Below are positions 1 through 9,789 of a DNA stretch of 64,000 nt, piece by piece. The stretch is from a virus. The notes below the pieces were generated by a model. That model made no database searches. It worked only from the letters and a program-made list of their open reading frames with translations, and was not told the origin of the DNA. The position numbers and the translations under genes are program-made. How positions within the stretch are numbered: position 1 is the stretch's first letter; the number at the start of each line of letters is the position of its first letter. The stretch lies in the IMG/VR virus record IMGVR_UViG_3300029585_000107, positions 729 to 64,728 of that record. One strand, written 5' to 3'.

Positions 1-1065
1 GCATTCGTCTCCGGCACCTCTGGCTCCAACGGTGGCTTCGCGATCCGCGAGGATAACCGGCTCTACCTGGACAACGATCGTGACACCTTTTTCGAAGCAC
101 CCAATGGCGGCGACCGCATCAACTTCAACGTCGGCAGCGCGGGCGCGGAGCGAATGCGTCTCCTGCCGAACCAGTTCATCGTGGTTCCCGTCGGAACCTC
201 GGCCGTCCCGTCCTTTGTTCCTGCGCGCGAGGACACCGACACCGGGTTCTACAGCGACGCCGCGAACACTCTGAGCATCTCAACTGGAGCCACGGAGGCT
301 GTCACCTGGAATGCTTCACAGCAAACGGTCCTGCCCGAGGGCTCGGAGAGCGCGCCCTCCTTGACCTTCTCCGAGGACAACTCGGACGGTATCTACCATT
401 CCTCAAACAACCTCTACATCACAATCGGCGGCAATGCAGTTGCCAGGTTTTCGTCGAATTCGATCCGCTTCTGGGAGTACCTATCCCCTATTTCGAACTA
501 CAGCGTCTCGCTCGGGACCGCGTCCATTCACTGGAATCAGATCTACGTGGGAGAGGCCATTATCGAGCCTCAGGCGAACACCAGCGGAAGCCTCAACGAT
601 ATCTACTACGAGGCCCCCGGGCACACCGGTCTTACTGCCAGTACAGAGGTCGAGAGCGTTCACTTCGACATGAGCGCCACAAAGCAATGGGCGGCCGGCG
701 CCCTTGCCACACAGCGATTCTTCCGCGTCGACGCGCCTACGGTCGCGTTCGCCGGAGCCTCGACGCTCACCGACGCAGCGACGATGTACATCGGGGGAGC
801 ACCCGCCGAGGGGACCAACGCCACGATCACCAACGCCTACGCATTGTGGGTGGACGACGGCGCCGCGCGCCTCGACGGCGACCTCGACCACCGCGGCTCC
901 AACGTCGGGTTCTACGGAGCAACCCCCGTTGCTCAGTCTGCCCCGTACTCCACGCTAGGCAGCACAGACAGGTCGTTCTCCAGTAGCAACTTGTCTACCA
1001 CCGAGTTGACGGATATCCTGGGCACGCTTATCGGAGACCTGCAGGCTGTGGGGATCATCGGGTAG
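1..1065 (+). CDS. Tail fibre-like protein, 5'-truncated by the window edge
   Basis: The frame of ORF 154..1065 is open back to base 1. Gly/Ser/Thr/Ala-rich beta-repeat sequence, located upstream of the baseplate wedge genes. Confidence 0.65.
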   Translation, partial: AFVSGTSGSNGGFAIREDNRLYLDNDRDTFFEAPNGGDRINFNVGSAGAERMRLLPNQFIVVPVGTSAVPSFVPAREDTDTGFYSDAANTLSISTGATEAVTWNASQQTVLPEGSESAPSLTFSEDNSDGIYHSSNNLYITIGGNAVARFSSNSIRFWEYLSPISNYSVSLGTASIHWNQIYVGEAIIEPQANTSGSLNDIYYEAPGHTGLTASTEVESVHFDMSATKQWAAGALATQRFFRVDAPTVAFAGASTLTDAATMYIGGAPAEGTNATITNAYALWVDDGAARLDGDLDHRGSNVGFYGATPVAQSAPYSTLGSTDRSFSSSNLSTTELTDILGTLIGDLQAVGIIG

Positions 1066-1079
1066 GCCGAAGGAGAGCC

Positions 1080-1487
1080 ATGGCTAGAAGAAAGGTACTG
1101 TCGGTTTCGAACATGGAGAACGGGAGGATCGCCAGCGGCACCCGGTTCTCTATCACCGTGTTTGAGAGCGCATTTGTGGCCTCGATGCTCGAGGAGTACG
1201 AGGCCGACAACGCGCTCCCTCTCGTGGCAGTCGAGACGCCTGGCTCCCCGACGATGAGAGAGAGGCTCTTCGTTCAGATCACCTTCCGGGTCGACAATGA
1301 CCAGGATTCCAGGAAGGAGAACCTGGTCGACCGTTGGGTACAGCTGAATTCGACCAACTTCCCAGGACTCAACGCGCAGTTCTTCGCCAACCTCAAGCGC
1401 CTGTTTGACAGGCGAAGAACTGCTCAGGACATGGACCCCGACCAAGGGGCAGAACCCGCAACGGCAAGGACAAGGGCAAGACAGTGA
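1080..1487 (+). CDS. Hypothetical protein (tail-fibre-associated, possible chaperone)
   Basis: GAAGGAG RBS before ATG; stop overlaps the next start (GTGA). Confidence 0.6.
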   Translation: MARRKVLSVSNMENGRIASGTRFSITVFESAFVASMLEEYEADNALPLVAVETPGSPTMRERLFVQITFRVDNDQDSRKENLVDRWVQLNSTNFPGLNAQFFANLKRLFDRRRTAQDMDPDQGAEPATARTRARQ

Positions 1488-1957
1488 GCGACAGATACAT
1501 CATCATTCCACCAGACGCTAAGTTTATCGATCCCTACACGCGAGAACCCGTCAAGGTCCCCGGCGAGAACGGCGAGGTCGTTGACCACCCCGATCGAAGC
1601 TTCGACTGGTTCATGCATGTGCACATCCTTACGCACCTGCAGTTCTCCATGGAGGTTGGCGGCTATGACGCCGTGAAGGCAGCCAAGCAAATCGCAAAGG
1701 ATATGGAGAAGGCGATCGAAAGCGGATACGGCTACTTTGCCGTCTCCGCCGACAATTGGCGACGCCTAAACCGAACCATCTCGCGCGCCGAGGCGGCAGA
1801 CGCGGATGAGCCTCTGAAGGACCGCCCCAACACGAGGGTCTTGGCCAAGTCGAGTCACGGCATGACGCGGCCGATGACCAACTTCACGGCTCTCTGCTTC
1901 ATGGAGCACCTGGACGCCATCGCGAACGCTTCCACCAACAAGCCGGAAGATCTCTAG
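1484..1957 (+). CDS. Hypothetical protein
   Basis: Translationally coupled on both sides within the tail operon. Confidence 0.6.
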   Translation: MSDRYIIIPPDAKFIDPYTREPVKVPGENGEVVDHPDRSFDWFMHVHILTHLQFSMEVGGYDAVKAAKQIAKDMEKAIESGYGYFAVSADNWRRLNRTISRAEAADADEPLKDRPNTRVLAKSSHGMTRPMTNFTALCFMEHLDAIANASTNKPEDL

Positions 1958-2461
1958 ATGGCGGTTTGGGGCACTTCTTCGCCGTGGGGGATTACTTCGT
2001 GGTCCTCTGGCGGCGTCGTCGCGTCCCTGCCATCGTCCGTTAGCTCGGTCGGCGCGGAGGCGCAAGAGAGCGCGCTGGGTGTCGATATCTTCTTCAACGG
2101 CGACTACGAGACCACCGCAGCCGGCGACCTTGCGTTGGTTCGGGGATTCGCAGCGCTGAACCAGGCGATTTACCACCGACTCATCACGAAGCCCGGGAGC
2201 TTTGCCCTCCGTCCTGGCTACGGCGTCGGCATCCAGCGCTGGGCAAAGCGCAGGAACCGGCTCTCGGATATGCACGAGCTTGAGCAGGTTGTGGAAGATC
2301 AGCTCTCGTTCGAGAAGAGGATTTCCCGAGTGAGGAAGGTGTTCGTCGCACCGCTCATCAACGGCCCAGGCGTGCAGCTCGGGTTCGACATCGAGGCCTA
2401 CGGCGACACGGCCAGTTTCAAGCCTCTAAACTTCTCGGCCGACGGAGTCACGAATGCCTGA
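1958..2461 (+). CDS. Baseplate wedge subunit, gp25/gpW-like
   Basis: GDLALVRG..ALNQAIYHRLITKPGS...PGYGVGI and EKRISRV fit the gp25 family; directly precedes a baseplate J gene. Confidence 0.8.
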   Translation: MAVWGTSSPWGITSWSSGGVVASLPSSVSSVGAEAQESALGVDIFFNGDYETTAAGDLALVRGFAALNQAIYHRLITKPGSFALRPGYGVGIQRWAKRRNRLSDMHELEQVVEDQLSFEKRISRVRKVFVAPLINGPGVQLGFDIEAYGDTASFKPLNFSADGVTNA

Positions 2462-3575
2462 TACCTCTCTCTACGATTTCTACCAGCTCGGTTTGGCAGC
2501 CGCCACGGGCGCAAATTCCAAGCTTGCGGTCAACGAGGGCGACGTCGTTGATTTTTTGCTTTCGGCCGGAGCTGCGATGGCCGACTTCTGCGACCAGAAG
2601 CGCGCTGCAGACCACCTCTCCACGAGCGTGGATGGCGCCGAGGGCGATGACCTCACTGAGCTCGCGGATGACCACTTCACGACCGACCGGCAGCCAGCGA
2701 CGGCAGCATCGGTGACGCTTCAGTTCTCCAGGCCATCCGCAGGCGGCGGCGAGCCCGCGGGCACCCTTTCTGCGGGATTTGAGGTGTCGACCCCGGTCGA
2801 CAGGGTCGGCAACGAAGTTCGCTTCGTCACCGACGCCGACGTTAACTTTCCCACAAGCGGGCTAGGCCCGTACACAGTCCAAGCCACAGCGATCGTCGAA
2901 GGCCCGGACGGCAACGTCGAGGATCTTGGAAAGGTGAGCCGCCTTATCGACACAGCATTCGACAGCAGCATTTCCGTCACGAATACGACGTCGGCTGCTG
3001 GCGGCAACCTCGAGGAAACCGACGAGGAGCTCCGCAAGCGCATCCGCGACCGTCCTCTCAGCCTTCGCAGGGCGACAAAGGCAGCCCTGGAGAGCGGCGC
3101 CCTCGAGGTCGACGAGGTTCGCGTCTCCTCCGCCAGCGAGGACACCGCCAACGGCACTGTGACTGTCGCTGTGTCCGACGCCGACGGAAATTCGAACGCG
3201 GAGATGCAGAACAATGTCCTCATCGAGATGGAGAACTGGCGAGCATTCGGCATCCCAGTGGGGATCACGGGCGGCGCCCGAGTCCTTGTGGACATGAACA
3301 TCCAGATCACCCTTCGAGAGGGGGCCTCCCTGGCGAATCTGTCCACCCCGATCATCGCAGCGGTCGGCGGCGACATTAACAAGCTCGTGCAGGGCGAGTT
3401 CCTCTACGACACCCTGTGGATCACGGCTACGAAGAACGTGGCCCCGAATCTCATCCAGGACGTCAACCTAACCTCCCTTTCCGTGGGAGGAGTTGCACAG
3501 CCGATCGGCGACTACCTCGGGACGGCGAGCAACGAGCTCCTCCGCGCTGGCACCATCACGGTTACAATCGCGTAA
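2454..3575 (+). CDS. Baseplate J-like wedge protein
   Basis: RQPATAA..TLQFSR, A...GPDGNV, AAGGNLEETDEELRKRI are typical Baseplate_J motifs. Confidence 0.88.
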   Translation: MPDTSLYDFYQLGLAAATGANSKLAVNEGDVVDFLLSAGAAMADFCDQKRAADHLSTSVDGAEGDDLTELADDHFTTDRQPATAASVTLQFSRPSAGGGEPAGTLSAGFEVSTPVDRVGNEVRFVTDADVNFPTSGLGPYTVQATAIVEGPDGNVEDLGKVSRLIDTAFDSSISVTNTTSAAGGNLEETDEELRKRIRDRPLSLRRATKAALESGALEVDEVRVSSASEDTANGTVTVAVSDADGNSNAEMQNNVLIEMENWRAFGIPVGITGGARVLVDMNIQITLREGASLANLSTPIIAAVGGDINKLVQGEFLYDTLWITATKNVAPNLIQDVNLTSLSVGGVAQPIGDYLGTASNELLRAGTITVTIA

Positions 3576-4441
3576 TGGCACTCACGGCATCAGAGCAAGA
3601 GCTTTACGACTTCGCCAGAGGAGCCATCCCAGGATGGCTCTTTCAGGTTCCGAGGTCGGAAGAAATCCTGCTGGCTTTCGTCAAAATGTTCGACCGGGTT
3701 CGGACGAACATGGACGAGTCGAAGGCGAGGACCCTCATCCTGAACAGCACTGGCGTATGGCTGGACCTCCACGCCGCCGATCGCGGGACCCAGCGCCAGG
3801 ACGGCGAGAGCAACGAGGCCCTCGCTGCGAGGATTCGCAACGTCGAGGATGCGGTCACTCGGCCAGCCCTCATCGCAGCGGCCCAAGCAATTGTTGACGC
3901 AGAGGGTGTCGTCGGGACTGTCTTCGGCGTCGATTTGAAGCGAGACAAAGCGTTCTTCGGGGACAACGTCACCAGAACAGGGACTGGCGGAGAATTCGTC
4001 GACGCCGGCGACGGCGTGTTTGAGTTCACCCCCGACGTTCTCTACGCAACACCCCTGGAGATCTTCGAGAGGAGCGGCGAGCAGGGCAACCCGCGAGTGA
4101 CATTCTCGGGCTCAGCTTCTCCTGGCAACGACGGGACCTTTGAGGTGACCGGCCTCAACGGGAACGCCTTGCAGTTCACCAGCGGTAGCGGCGTCGAGGA
4201 AGTGGATGCGACTACAAGCTGGAGCATCGCGCAGTACGACATCGAAGGAAACGACCGCACGGGGCGCAGGAAGGCCTACTTCGGTCGCGGTTACCGCATG
4301 AGCGGAAAGCTTCCGCTCAGCTTCATCGTCATACTGCCGTACGGCTGCACAGCCGGAACCCAAGCGTCCGTCGCAGAGATGCTGCGGCAGAAAAAAGCTT
4401 ACGGGGTCGCCTCTCATGTAGAGTTCCGGGCGAACCCATAG
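3575..4441 (+). CDS. Baseplate wedge protein (gpI/gp48-like)
   Basis: TAATG overlap with the J gene puts the start at 3575, not 3416. STGVWLDLHAADRG..RQDGESNEALAARI is a typical gpI-like N-terminus. Confidence 0.7.
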   Translation: MALTASEQELYDFARGAIPGWLFQVPRSEEILLAFVKMFDRVRTNMDESKARTLILNSTGVWLDLHAADRGTQRQDGESNEALAARIRNVEDAVTRPALIAAAQAIVDAEGVVGTVFGVDLKRDKAFFGDNVTRTGTGGEFVDAGDGVFEFTPDVLYATPLEIFERSGEQGNPRVTFSGSASPGNDGTFEVTGLNGNALQFTSGSGVEEVDATTSWSIAQYDIEGNDRTGRRKAYFGRGYRMSGKLPLSFIVILPYGCTAGTQASVAEMLRQKKAYGVASHVEFRANP

Positions 4442-4453
4442 AAGGAGAACCCC

Positions 4454-5683
4454 ATGCCAGATCACCTGCCACAAGTAAATTTCAGCGACGGAGAAGGCGT
4501 CGAAGAGGACGACTTCAACCGCCTGCAAAGCCTGCTCGACGCCAAGACCTTAGAGCGCGCTTTCCGGGTCGGAGGCCTGGCAGGGACATTCCTCTTGGAC
4601 GGAGCGAGCTCGGGAAACCCCAACGGGCCACTTTCCGACGCCAGGCCCATCGGGCTAAGCGCCTCCAGGATCATCACGCCAGATCCTCTCACCTTCACGC
4701 TCAATGACTTCAGCATCTCCGGCGCCGGCGAGCTCACGATCGACACCGGGAATTTCCTTCTCGTGCAGCGAGCCGGTGCAGCGGCGGGAACAGCCCCAAG
4801 CGGCTTCGCAGAGTCGTTCGGAGGACTACTCAGCTACGTCCCGGACGATGGAGAGGTTGTCGAAGCCGGCAACGCTAGGCCGTCCACCAATCCGCGCTGG
4901 GACTCTCTCGACCTGGCACTCTCTCACTCTCAGGGCGGTTCGGAGTCTAGAGACCACGAGGATGCGGCGACGAGAGCCCTCACAACGGTCGCCCAGGACA
5001 AAGACCAGGAGCGCACTCTTCTCATCGAGTACAACGAGGGGACAGAGGCGGCAACGCCCACCTACCCTGCTCTAACATCCGGGTACGGGCGCTACATCAC
5101 GGTCCTCAGAGGGACTGCGGAAACCTCCCTAACCCAGAACAACGTCCGGCTACACGCCTTCCCCGGGAAGCTCAAGATCGAACGAGTTCACGGCCACAAC
5201 GCCTGGCACGACAGCACCACAAACTACGGCCACAACGCTTCTCGGTTCGGGTCTCTTACGAGGATCGCTACGGGCGGCGGCGGCGGGACTGTCATCTTTG
5301 CCCCGAACAACATCCACGAAGGTTGCAGGCTGGTCGGGGTCGGGGCTTCCTTCCTCAACTTCAGCAATGACTTGGATGTTGACCTGGTGCGCCTGAGCGA
5401 AGCTGCCGGCGTGATCAGCGTGGACTCGATTTTCACCCTGACCTCGATCGACACGAGTACCCCTGGCTACCAGTTCGAGGGACTAGCCGACTTCGAAGAT
5501 GCAGCCGGCCTCGAGCAACCTATTTGGGGCAACGGGCGAACCTACGGCCCGCTATTCTCGAACAAGGAAGCCTCCCCTGTGTCCGGCGTCAACGTCGATC
5601 GACTGGCACTCCGCATCAACGATGCGAGCGATTGGGTTTCCGGCGACGTCATGAACTACGTCGAGTTCTACTACCTGGAGTAG
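4454..5683 (+). CDS. Tail fibre/baseplate-attached structural protein
   Basis: AAGGAG RBS; 409 aa; follows the wedge genes; PRWDSLDL motif seen in fibre-proximal proteins. Confidence 0.55.
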   Translation: MPDHLPQVNFSDGEGVEEDDFNRLQSLLDAKTLERAFRVGGLAGTFLLDGASSGNPNGPLSDARPIGLSASRIITPDPLTFTLNDFSISGAGELTIDTGNFLLVQRAGAAAGTAPSGFAESFGGLLSYVPDDGEVVEAGNARPSTNPRWDSLDLALSHSQGGSESRDHEDAATRALTTVAQDKDQERTLLIEYNEGTEAATPTYPALTSGYGRYITVLRGTAETSLTQNNVRLHAFPGKLKIERVHGHNAWHDSTTNYGHNASRFGSLTRIATGGGGGTVIFAPNNIHEGCRLVGVGASFLNFSNDLDVDLVRLSEAAGVISVDSIFTLTSIDTSTPGYQFEGLADFEDAAGLEQPIWGNGRTYGPLFSNKEASPVSGVNVDRLALRINDASDWVSGDVMNYVEFYYLE

Positions 5684-5704
5684 CCATCGCTTAGAATCGG
5701 CGTC

Positions 5705-6058
5705 ATGGAGGACGACGATTTCATCACCGGGCACCTTGTCCAGAGCGCAGGAACCGGCTCAATGTCGGAGTCTTCCATTGCAGCCGGCGAGCTCGTGGAC
5801 AGGGCGATAGCCGGATCCCTCGTTCCAGACATGGGGTCCGGTTTTTGCGTTTCGGAGGCCTTTGCCGGATCCATCGTTGGCGATGCATTCGCCGGCACTC
5901 TCGTCGAGAACGCCGTTGCAGGCGGTAGCAGCGGAGGGGAGCTTTCGGATGGAGGGCTCGCGCCCGTGATACCATCCTCCGGCATAATGACCCGCGAAAC
6001 CGCGGTTGGGGAGATGCCCGAATCGACCCCTTCCGCAGGCACGACAAAGGACTCATAA
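5705..6058 (+). CDS. Small acidic protein with repeated AG(S/E/T)(L/I)V motifs
   Basis: Fills the gap exactly to the ATG at 6059; TAGAAT lies 7 nt upstream of the ATG. Confidence 0.45.
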   Translation: MEDDDFITGHLVQSAGTGSMSESSIAAGELVDRAIAGSLVPDMGSGFCVSEAFAGSIVGDAFAGTLVENAVAGGSSGGELSDGGLAPVIPSSGIMTRETAVGEMPESTPSAGTTKDS

Positions 6059-8617
6059 ATGGCCAACGGAGATCTAGGAATCCTCAAAGACGAGCCCGTT
6101 CGGGTTGCCCAGTACTCGGACACCGAGTTCACCCTCTACGCCTACGATGTTTCCCTTGACGAGAACAGGCGAGAGACGGGCCGAAGCCGAATGGACCTTA
6201 CCAGTCGGCGCCTCGTTGTGCAGGTCCGCGACGAGAACGACAATATCCTCCTCACTAAGACCTCCGACAGCGATGCGGAGATCGAAAAAGACTCAGACCA
6301 GGTCAACGAGCTTCCAACCTCCGGGAAGGGCACCGCAACTGTCAAGCTCTCCCCCGTAGACACCGCGGTCATGCCCCCTGGCGGCACCTACTACTACGAC
6401 GCATGGGCGGACGGGAAGCGCTTCATCAAGAAGTCCCGATTTCACGTCGAGGATGGCGTCTACGAGCCGGGTGTTACCGACGGCGTCCTCTCAGCGGACT
6501 TCACCTGGGCCGAAGGCGACGGATTCGAGGTCACCTTCACCGCTGTCACCACCGGAGCGCCCGTTGTCTACATCTGGGACTTCGGAGACGGCAGTTCGTC
6601 CACTGAGCAGAGCCCCGTCCACACCTACGCCCCGCACTACAACCTGCCCGAGGTCGGGAACTACAGCGTAGTTAAGCTCACCGTCGTCGACGCCACGGGC
6701 GAGACCGCCTCAAAGGAGGAGGCAATCTGGCCAGGCGCCACCAAGATCGAACTCGGAGAGCGCATCGGCCCGTTCTCCGTAGGAGGCGTAGGGGAGGGCG
6801 TGAACTACGGCGGGAATTTCTGGTCCGAGCACCCCGACGAGGTCGTTGACATTACCTACGAAGGGCAGGCCTCGAGAGCAAGCTGGAGAATGTACTCCTA
6901 TGTCTCCTCTGGCAACCTTTCGAGCAGCGACGCCCAGAGCAACTTAGCAGACTCCGAAGGGCGCCTTGACCCGGTCGACGACCTCATAAGCTCCACTCTC
7001 GACGCCGGCGCGTACCTTCACAGGGCCTACACCAACAACAACGACGGCATGGACGTCGACTACCTTATCGTTGGCCCCCAATGGGTCTACGCGAGGTTCT
7101 CGCTGGAATCGGACCGCCTCGTGGTCTCCATCGACGACAGGTCTCTCCCCGGGACAGACGAGGCGATCGAATCCTACTCATGGGACATGGGCGACGGGAT
7201 GACGGTCGAAGGGCCTATCTCCAGCTACCTCTACGGAGCCGCTGGGACCTACACGGTCACGCTTACCCTCACAGGGGTCGACGGATACGTGTCCACCTGG
7301 TCCGAGGAGGTGACGGTCACAGCCGCGCGAACGGCCACCCCGAATTTCGAGTACAACTGGGACTCCTGGACAGCAGCCTCCGTCGACGTCTCTTTCCGAG
7401 ACAAGACCGTGGCCCCGGAGGTTCCGATCGTAGCCTGGGAATGGGACTTTGGTGACGGCTCCCCAGTCGACAACACGCAGAGCCCGGTCCACACCTACAC
7501 TACCGAAGGGGCATTCGACGTCACCCTTACGACGACAGACCTCTACGGTGACCAGCAAAGCGTCACCCTGGAGGTCTACACGACCTACGCGTTCGACTAC
7601 GACACCGACAGGATCGACGGCGGGGAGTTCCTCGACGGCGTCGTGTTCGCCGAATCGCAGTCTGTCATGCGCTACTACTACGCGGAGATTCCGGCCGGCG
7701 CATTCCACGCCGCGCTAAGGTGCGTCCGACCGAGCACGTCGGGGAGCTTCTTTGGTAACCAGGCCTTCGGACAAGGGACCTACCTGGAGGGCAGCTACAG
7801 CTGGTCCAGCGAGCTCGATCCCGGATTCTCCTACCCGAATCCCGACGAGGGGTTCTGCCACTTCAGGCTCGGATACAACTTTGGCGCCTGGGCTTGCGAC
7901 TTCTACTGGGACATCAACTCCCCTCTTGTCGACTTCTCCGAGTCGATGACGATCGACATCGACAACACCGACGACTCCCAAGTCACCTACGACGTCAACG
8001 GGGTCGTCCAGGTCGAGAGCGGGCGCTCGGCATCATCTTGGCTTTGGGATTGGGACGACGGCACGACCCTGGCATCACAGACTGGCTCCAAGACCTTCAC
8101 GTCGAGCGGCACACGCCGCCTCGAGGCCCTGGTAACGGACGACACCGGAGTCGTTGGATACTCTCGACGAGAGGACCAGGTATCCCCCACCGACCGCTAC
8201 AAGGCGTTCCCCGTTCAGATCCCGCGAACCAGCCTATTTACGGAGCTCAACAACGGCGAAGAGCACGTCGAGGCGACGATCGGCGGGGACTCCGACTCCG
8301 ACTTCCACTACTACTACTTCGACGTTCCGTCGGGCATGGAGGTGCTTCGGATTGCAATGGGCGAAGGGACCCTCGTTGGCGGCACAAACATCGGCGTGTC
8401 TCTCAGGCGAGAGAGCATTCCGACCGACAACAACACGTCCTGGGCGGCCTACGCAAACGACTACATCGACCCGCCCTACCAGGCGGCGGACAACATCGAC
8501 CCCGCCCGTGACTTCACCATCGAGAACCCGCAAGCGGGGAAGTACGTCATGGCGGTCTGGGTCGAGGACTCCTCCGCTGTTCTCTCAGGACAGGCTATAA
8601 CGGCCTACTGGTTCTAG
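6059..8617 (+). CDS. Virion-associated protein: BppU-like N-terminus, several PKD domains and PPC-like domains
   Basis: PKD signatures WDFGDGSSSTEQSPVHTY, SYSWDMGDG, WEWDFGDGS..QSPVHTY and WDWDDG. PPC-like segments YYYAEIPAG and HYYYFDVPSGMEVLRI. Confidence 0.78.
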   Translation: MANGDLGILKDEPVRVAQYSDTEFTLYAYDVSLDENRRETGRSRMDLTSRRLVVQVRDENDNILLTKTSDSDAEIEKDSDQVNELPTSGKGTATVKLSPVDTAVMPPGGTYYYDAWADGKRFIKKSRFHVEDGVYEPGVTDGVLSADFTWAEGDGFEVTFTAVTTGAPVVYIWDFGDGSSSTEQSPVHTYAPHYNLPEVGNYSVVKLTVVDATGETASKEEAIWPGATKIELGERIGPFSVGGVGEGVNYGGNFWSEHPDEVVDITYEGQASRASWRMYSYVSSGNLSSSDAQSNLADSEGRLDPVDDLISSTLDAGAYLHRAYTNNNDGMDVDYLIVGPQWVYARFSLESDRLVVSIDDRSLPGTDEAIESYSWDMGDGMTVEGPISSYLYGAAGTYTVTLTLTGVDGYVSTWSEEVTVTAARTATPNFEYNWDSWTAASVDVSFRDKTVAPEVPIVAWEWDFGDGSPVDNTQSPVHTYTTEGAFDVTLTTTDLYGDQQSVTLEVYTTYAFDYDTDRIDGGEFLDGVVFAESQSVMRYYYAEIPAGAFHAALRCVRPSTSGSFFGNQAFGQGTYLEGSYSWSSELDPGFSYPNPDEGFCHFRLGYNFGAWACDFYWDINSPLVDFSESMTIDIDNTDDSQVTYDVNGVVQVESGRSASSWLWDWDDGTTLASQTGSKTFTSSGTRRLEALVTDDTGVVGYSRREDQVSPTDRYKAFPVQIPRTSLFTELNNGEEHVEATIGGDSDSDFHYYYFDVPSGMEVLRIAMGEGTLVGGTNIGVSLRRESIPTDNNTSWAAYANDYIDPPYQAADNIDPARDFTIENPQAGKYVMAVWVEDSSAVLSGQAITAYWF

Positions 8618-8950
8618 ATGGAGACGATCGCAATCCTCGCCCTTGCCCTTGCGAGCCTCGGATTCGCCGGGGTAGCCGTTGGGCTCGCTGTTCGCAACGG
8701 ATCCCTCGAGGCCGCACTCGGGCGAGCTCGCAGGGACCGAGACAGCTCCGAGAAGGAGCATGCGGAGACCCGCGACGAGTTCGAGCGCTACCGACAGCGC
8801 ACCCTAAAACAACTGGAGGGCCTACGAGATGAAATCAGTGATCACGAAGATATGCTTGCCGCTTGCAGCGACCCTGCCGTTATCCATGAGCAGCTCGATC
8901 GGCTGCTGCAAAAAGCCACCGGTGGTCTCGGTGGCGAGGATACCGACTAG
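8618..8950 (+). CDS. Inner-membrane spanin (Rz-like)
   Basis: One N-terminal TM helix then a coiled coil; overlapped by a lipoprotein ORF; start of the lysis cassette. Confidence 0.7.
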   Translation: METIAILALALASLGFAGVAVGLAVRNGSLEAALGRARRDRDSSEKEHAETRDEFERYRQRTLKQLEGLRDEISDHEDMLAACSDPAVIHEQLDRLLQKATGGLGGEDTD

Positions 8951-9134
8951 CTGCCTAGAGGCCGTGGGCGATCGGCCGGCGCTGAAGTTCAAGCCGAACA
9001 CTCGGCCACCGGGTTGCCCCGCGGCGATGGCCTGCTTCGACGTTGAGGCGATGATTGCTCTTTCTCGCTGGATGCGAGAGACTCTGCTCTGGATGGAGCA
9101 GGTGGAGCTCTCTTGCTCGGAGGAAATCAAATGA
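8829..9134 (+). CDS. Outer-membrane lipoprotein spanin (Rz1-like), overlapping
   Basis: Starts inside the 3' end of the Rz-like gene in another frame; candidate lipobox SIG-C; Pro/Cys-rich mature part. Confidence 0.62.
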   Translation: MKSVITKICLPLAATLPLSMSSSIGCCKKPPVVSVARIPTSCLEAVGDRPALKFKPNTRPPGCPAAMACFDVEAMIALSRWMRETLLWMEQVELSCSEEIK

Positions 9135-9709
9135 AGATCGTAAGCAAAACAAAGGCACTCATCGCAACGGCAATCATCGGGCTCGTCATGTCCTTCGCCT
9201 CCGTCTCAAGCGGACAGCCGGTGGCCGACGCAGGCGCCCTCTCAGCCCCTCTCGCCGACGCAGGCGCAAACCGGGCGAGCATGCCGGACGCAGAGCCAAC
9301 GGGCGCCAGCGAGCCCGTTTCTGGCCCGGAGAGCCCAGTTCTTGCTTCCGATGACGAACCTGCCGCCAGCGAGCCGAGCGAACCCGCACCCAGCGAGGCT
9401 GAACTGAGCGTCCCCGAACAAGGTGCCGGCCTTTTCTCTTCGGTCAAGGGAGGTCACTGGCTTGCCGCGTTTGGCTTCCTGGCGATGCTCTTCGGTTCAG
9501 CAGTTCGGTGGGGAATGTCTCAGAAGTGGGAGTTCTGGAAATCGAAGGCGGGCGGATACGTGACGGCGGCATCTGCGGGACTCACCCTTCTTGGCGCTGG
9601 AATAGTCACCTCGGGAAGCCTCTCGTTTGAGCTCCTCGCCAATGCTCTTGTCGCAACGCTAGCTGCGATGGGCCTCTACAGCTCCGCGAAGGACGTCAAG
9701 AAGGCGTAG
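9131..9709 (+). CDS. Holin-like membrane protein with N-terminal signal-like segment and acidic linker
   Basis: ATG at 9131 overlaps the spanin stop. C-terminal hydrophobic helices end in AAMGLYSSAKDVKKA. Lies directly upstream of the endolysin. Confidence 0.55.
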   Translation: MKIVSKTKALIATAIIGLVMSFASVSSGQPVADAGALSAPLADAGANRASMPDAEPTGASEPVSGPESPVLASDDEPAASEPSEPAPSEAELSVPEQGAGLFSSVKGGHWLAAFGFLAMLFGSAVRWGMSQKWEFWKSKAGGYVTAASAGLTLLGAGIVTSGSLSFELLANALVATLAAMGLYSSAKDVKKA

Positions 9710-9789
9710 GCCTACCGACCATTCCCCAGAGCCAGGGCTGCCTCTATCGACAGGGGCGGCCCTAAGTTTTTTCGGTGTATGCTCGGAGC

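Noticed and set aside
3416-3574. 5' extension of the 3416..4441 ORF
   Set aside because: It overlaps the J gene by about 160 nt; the TAATG coupling at 3573-3577 gives a better start.
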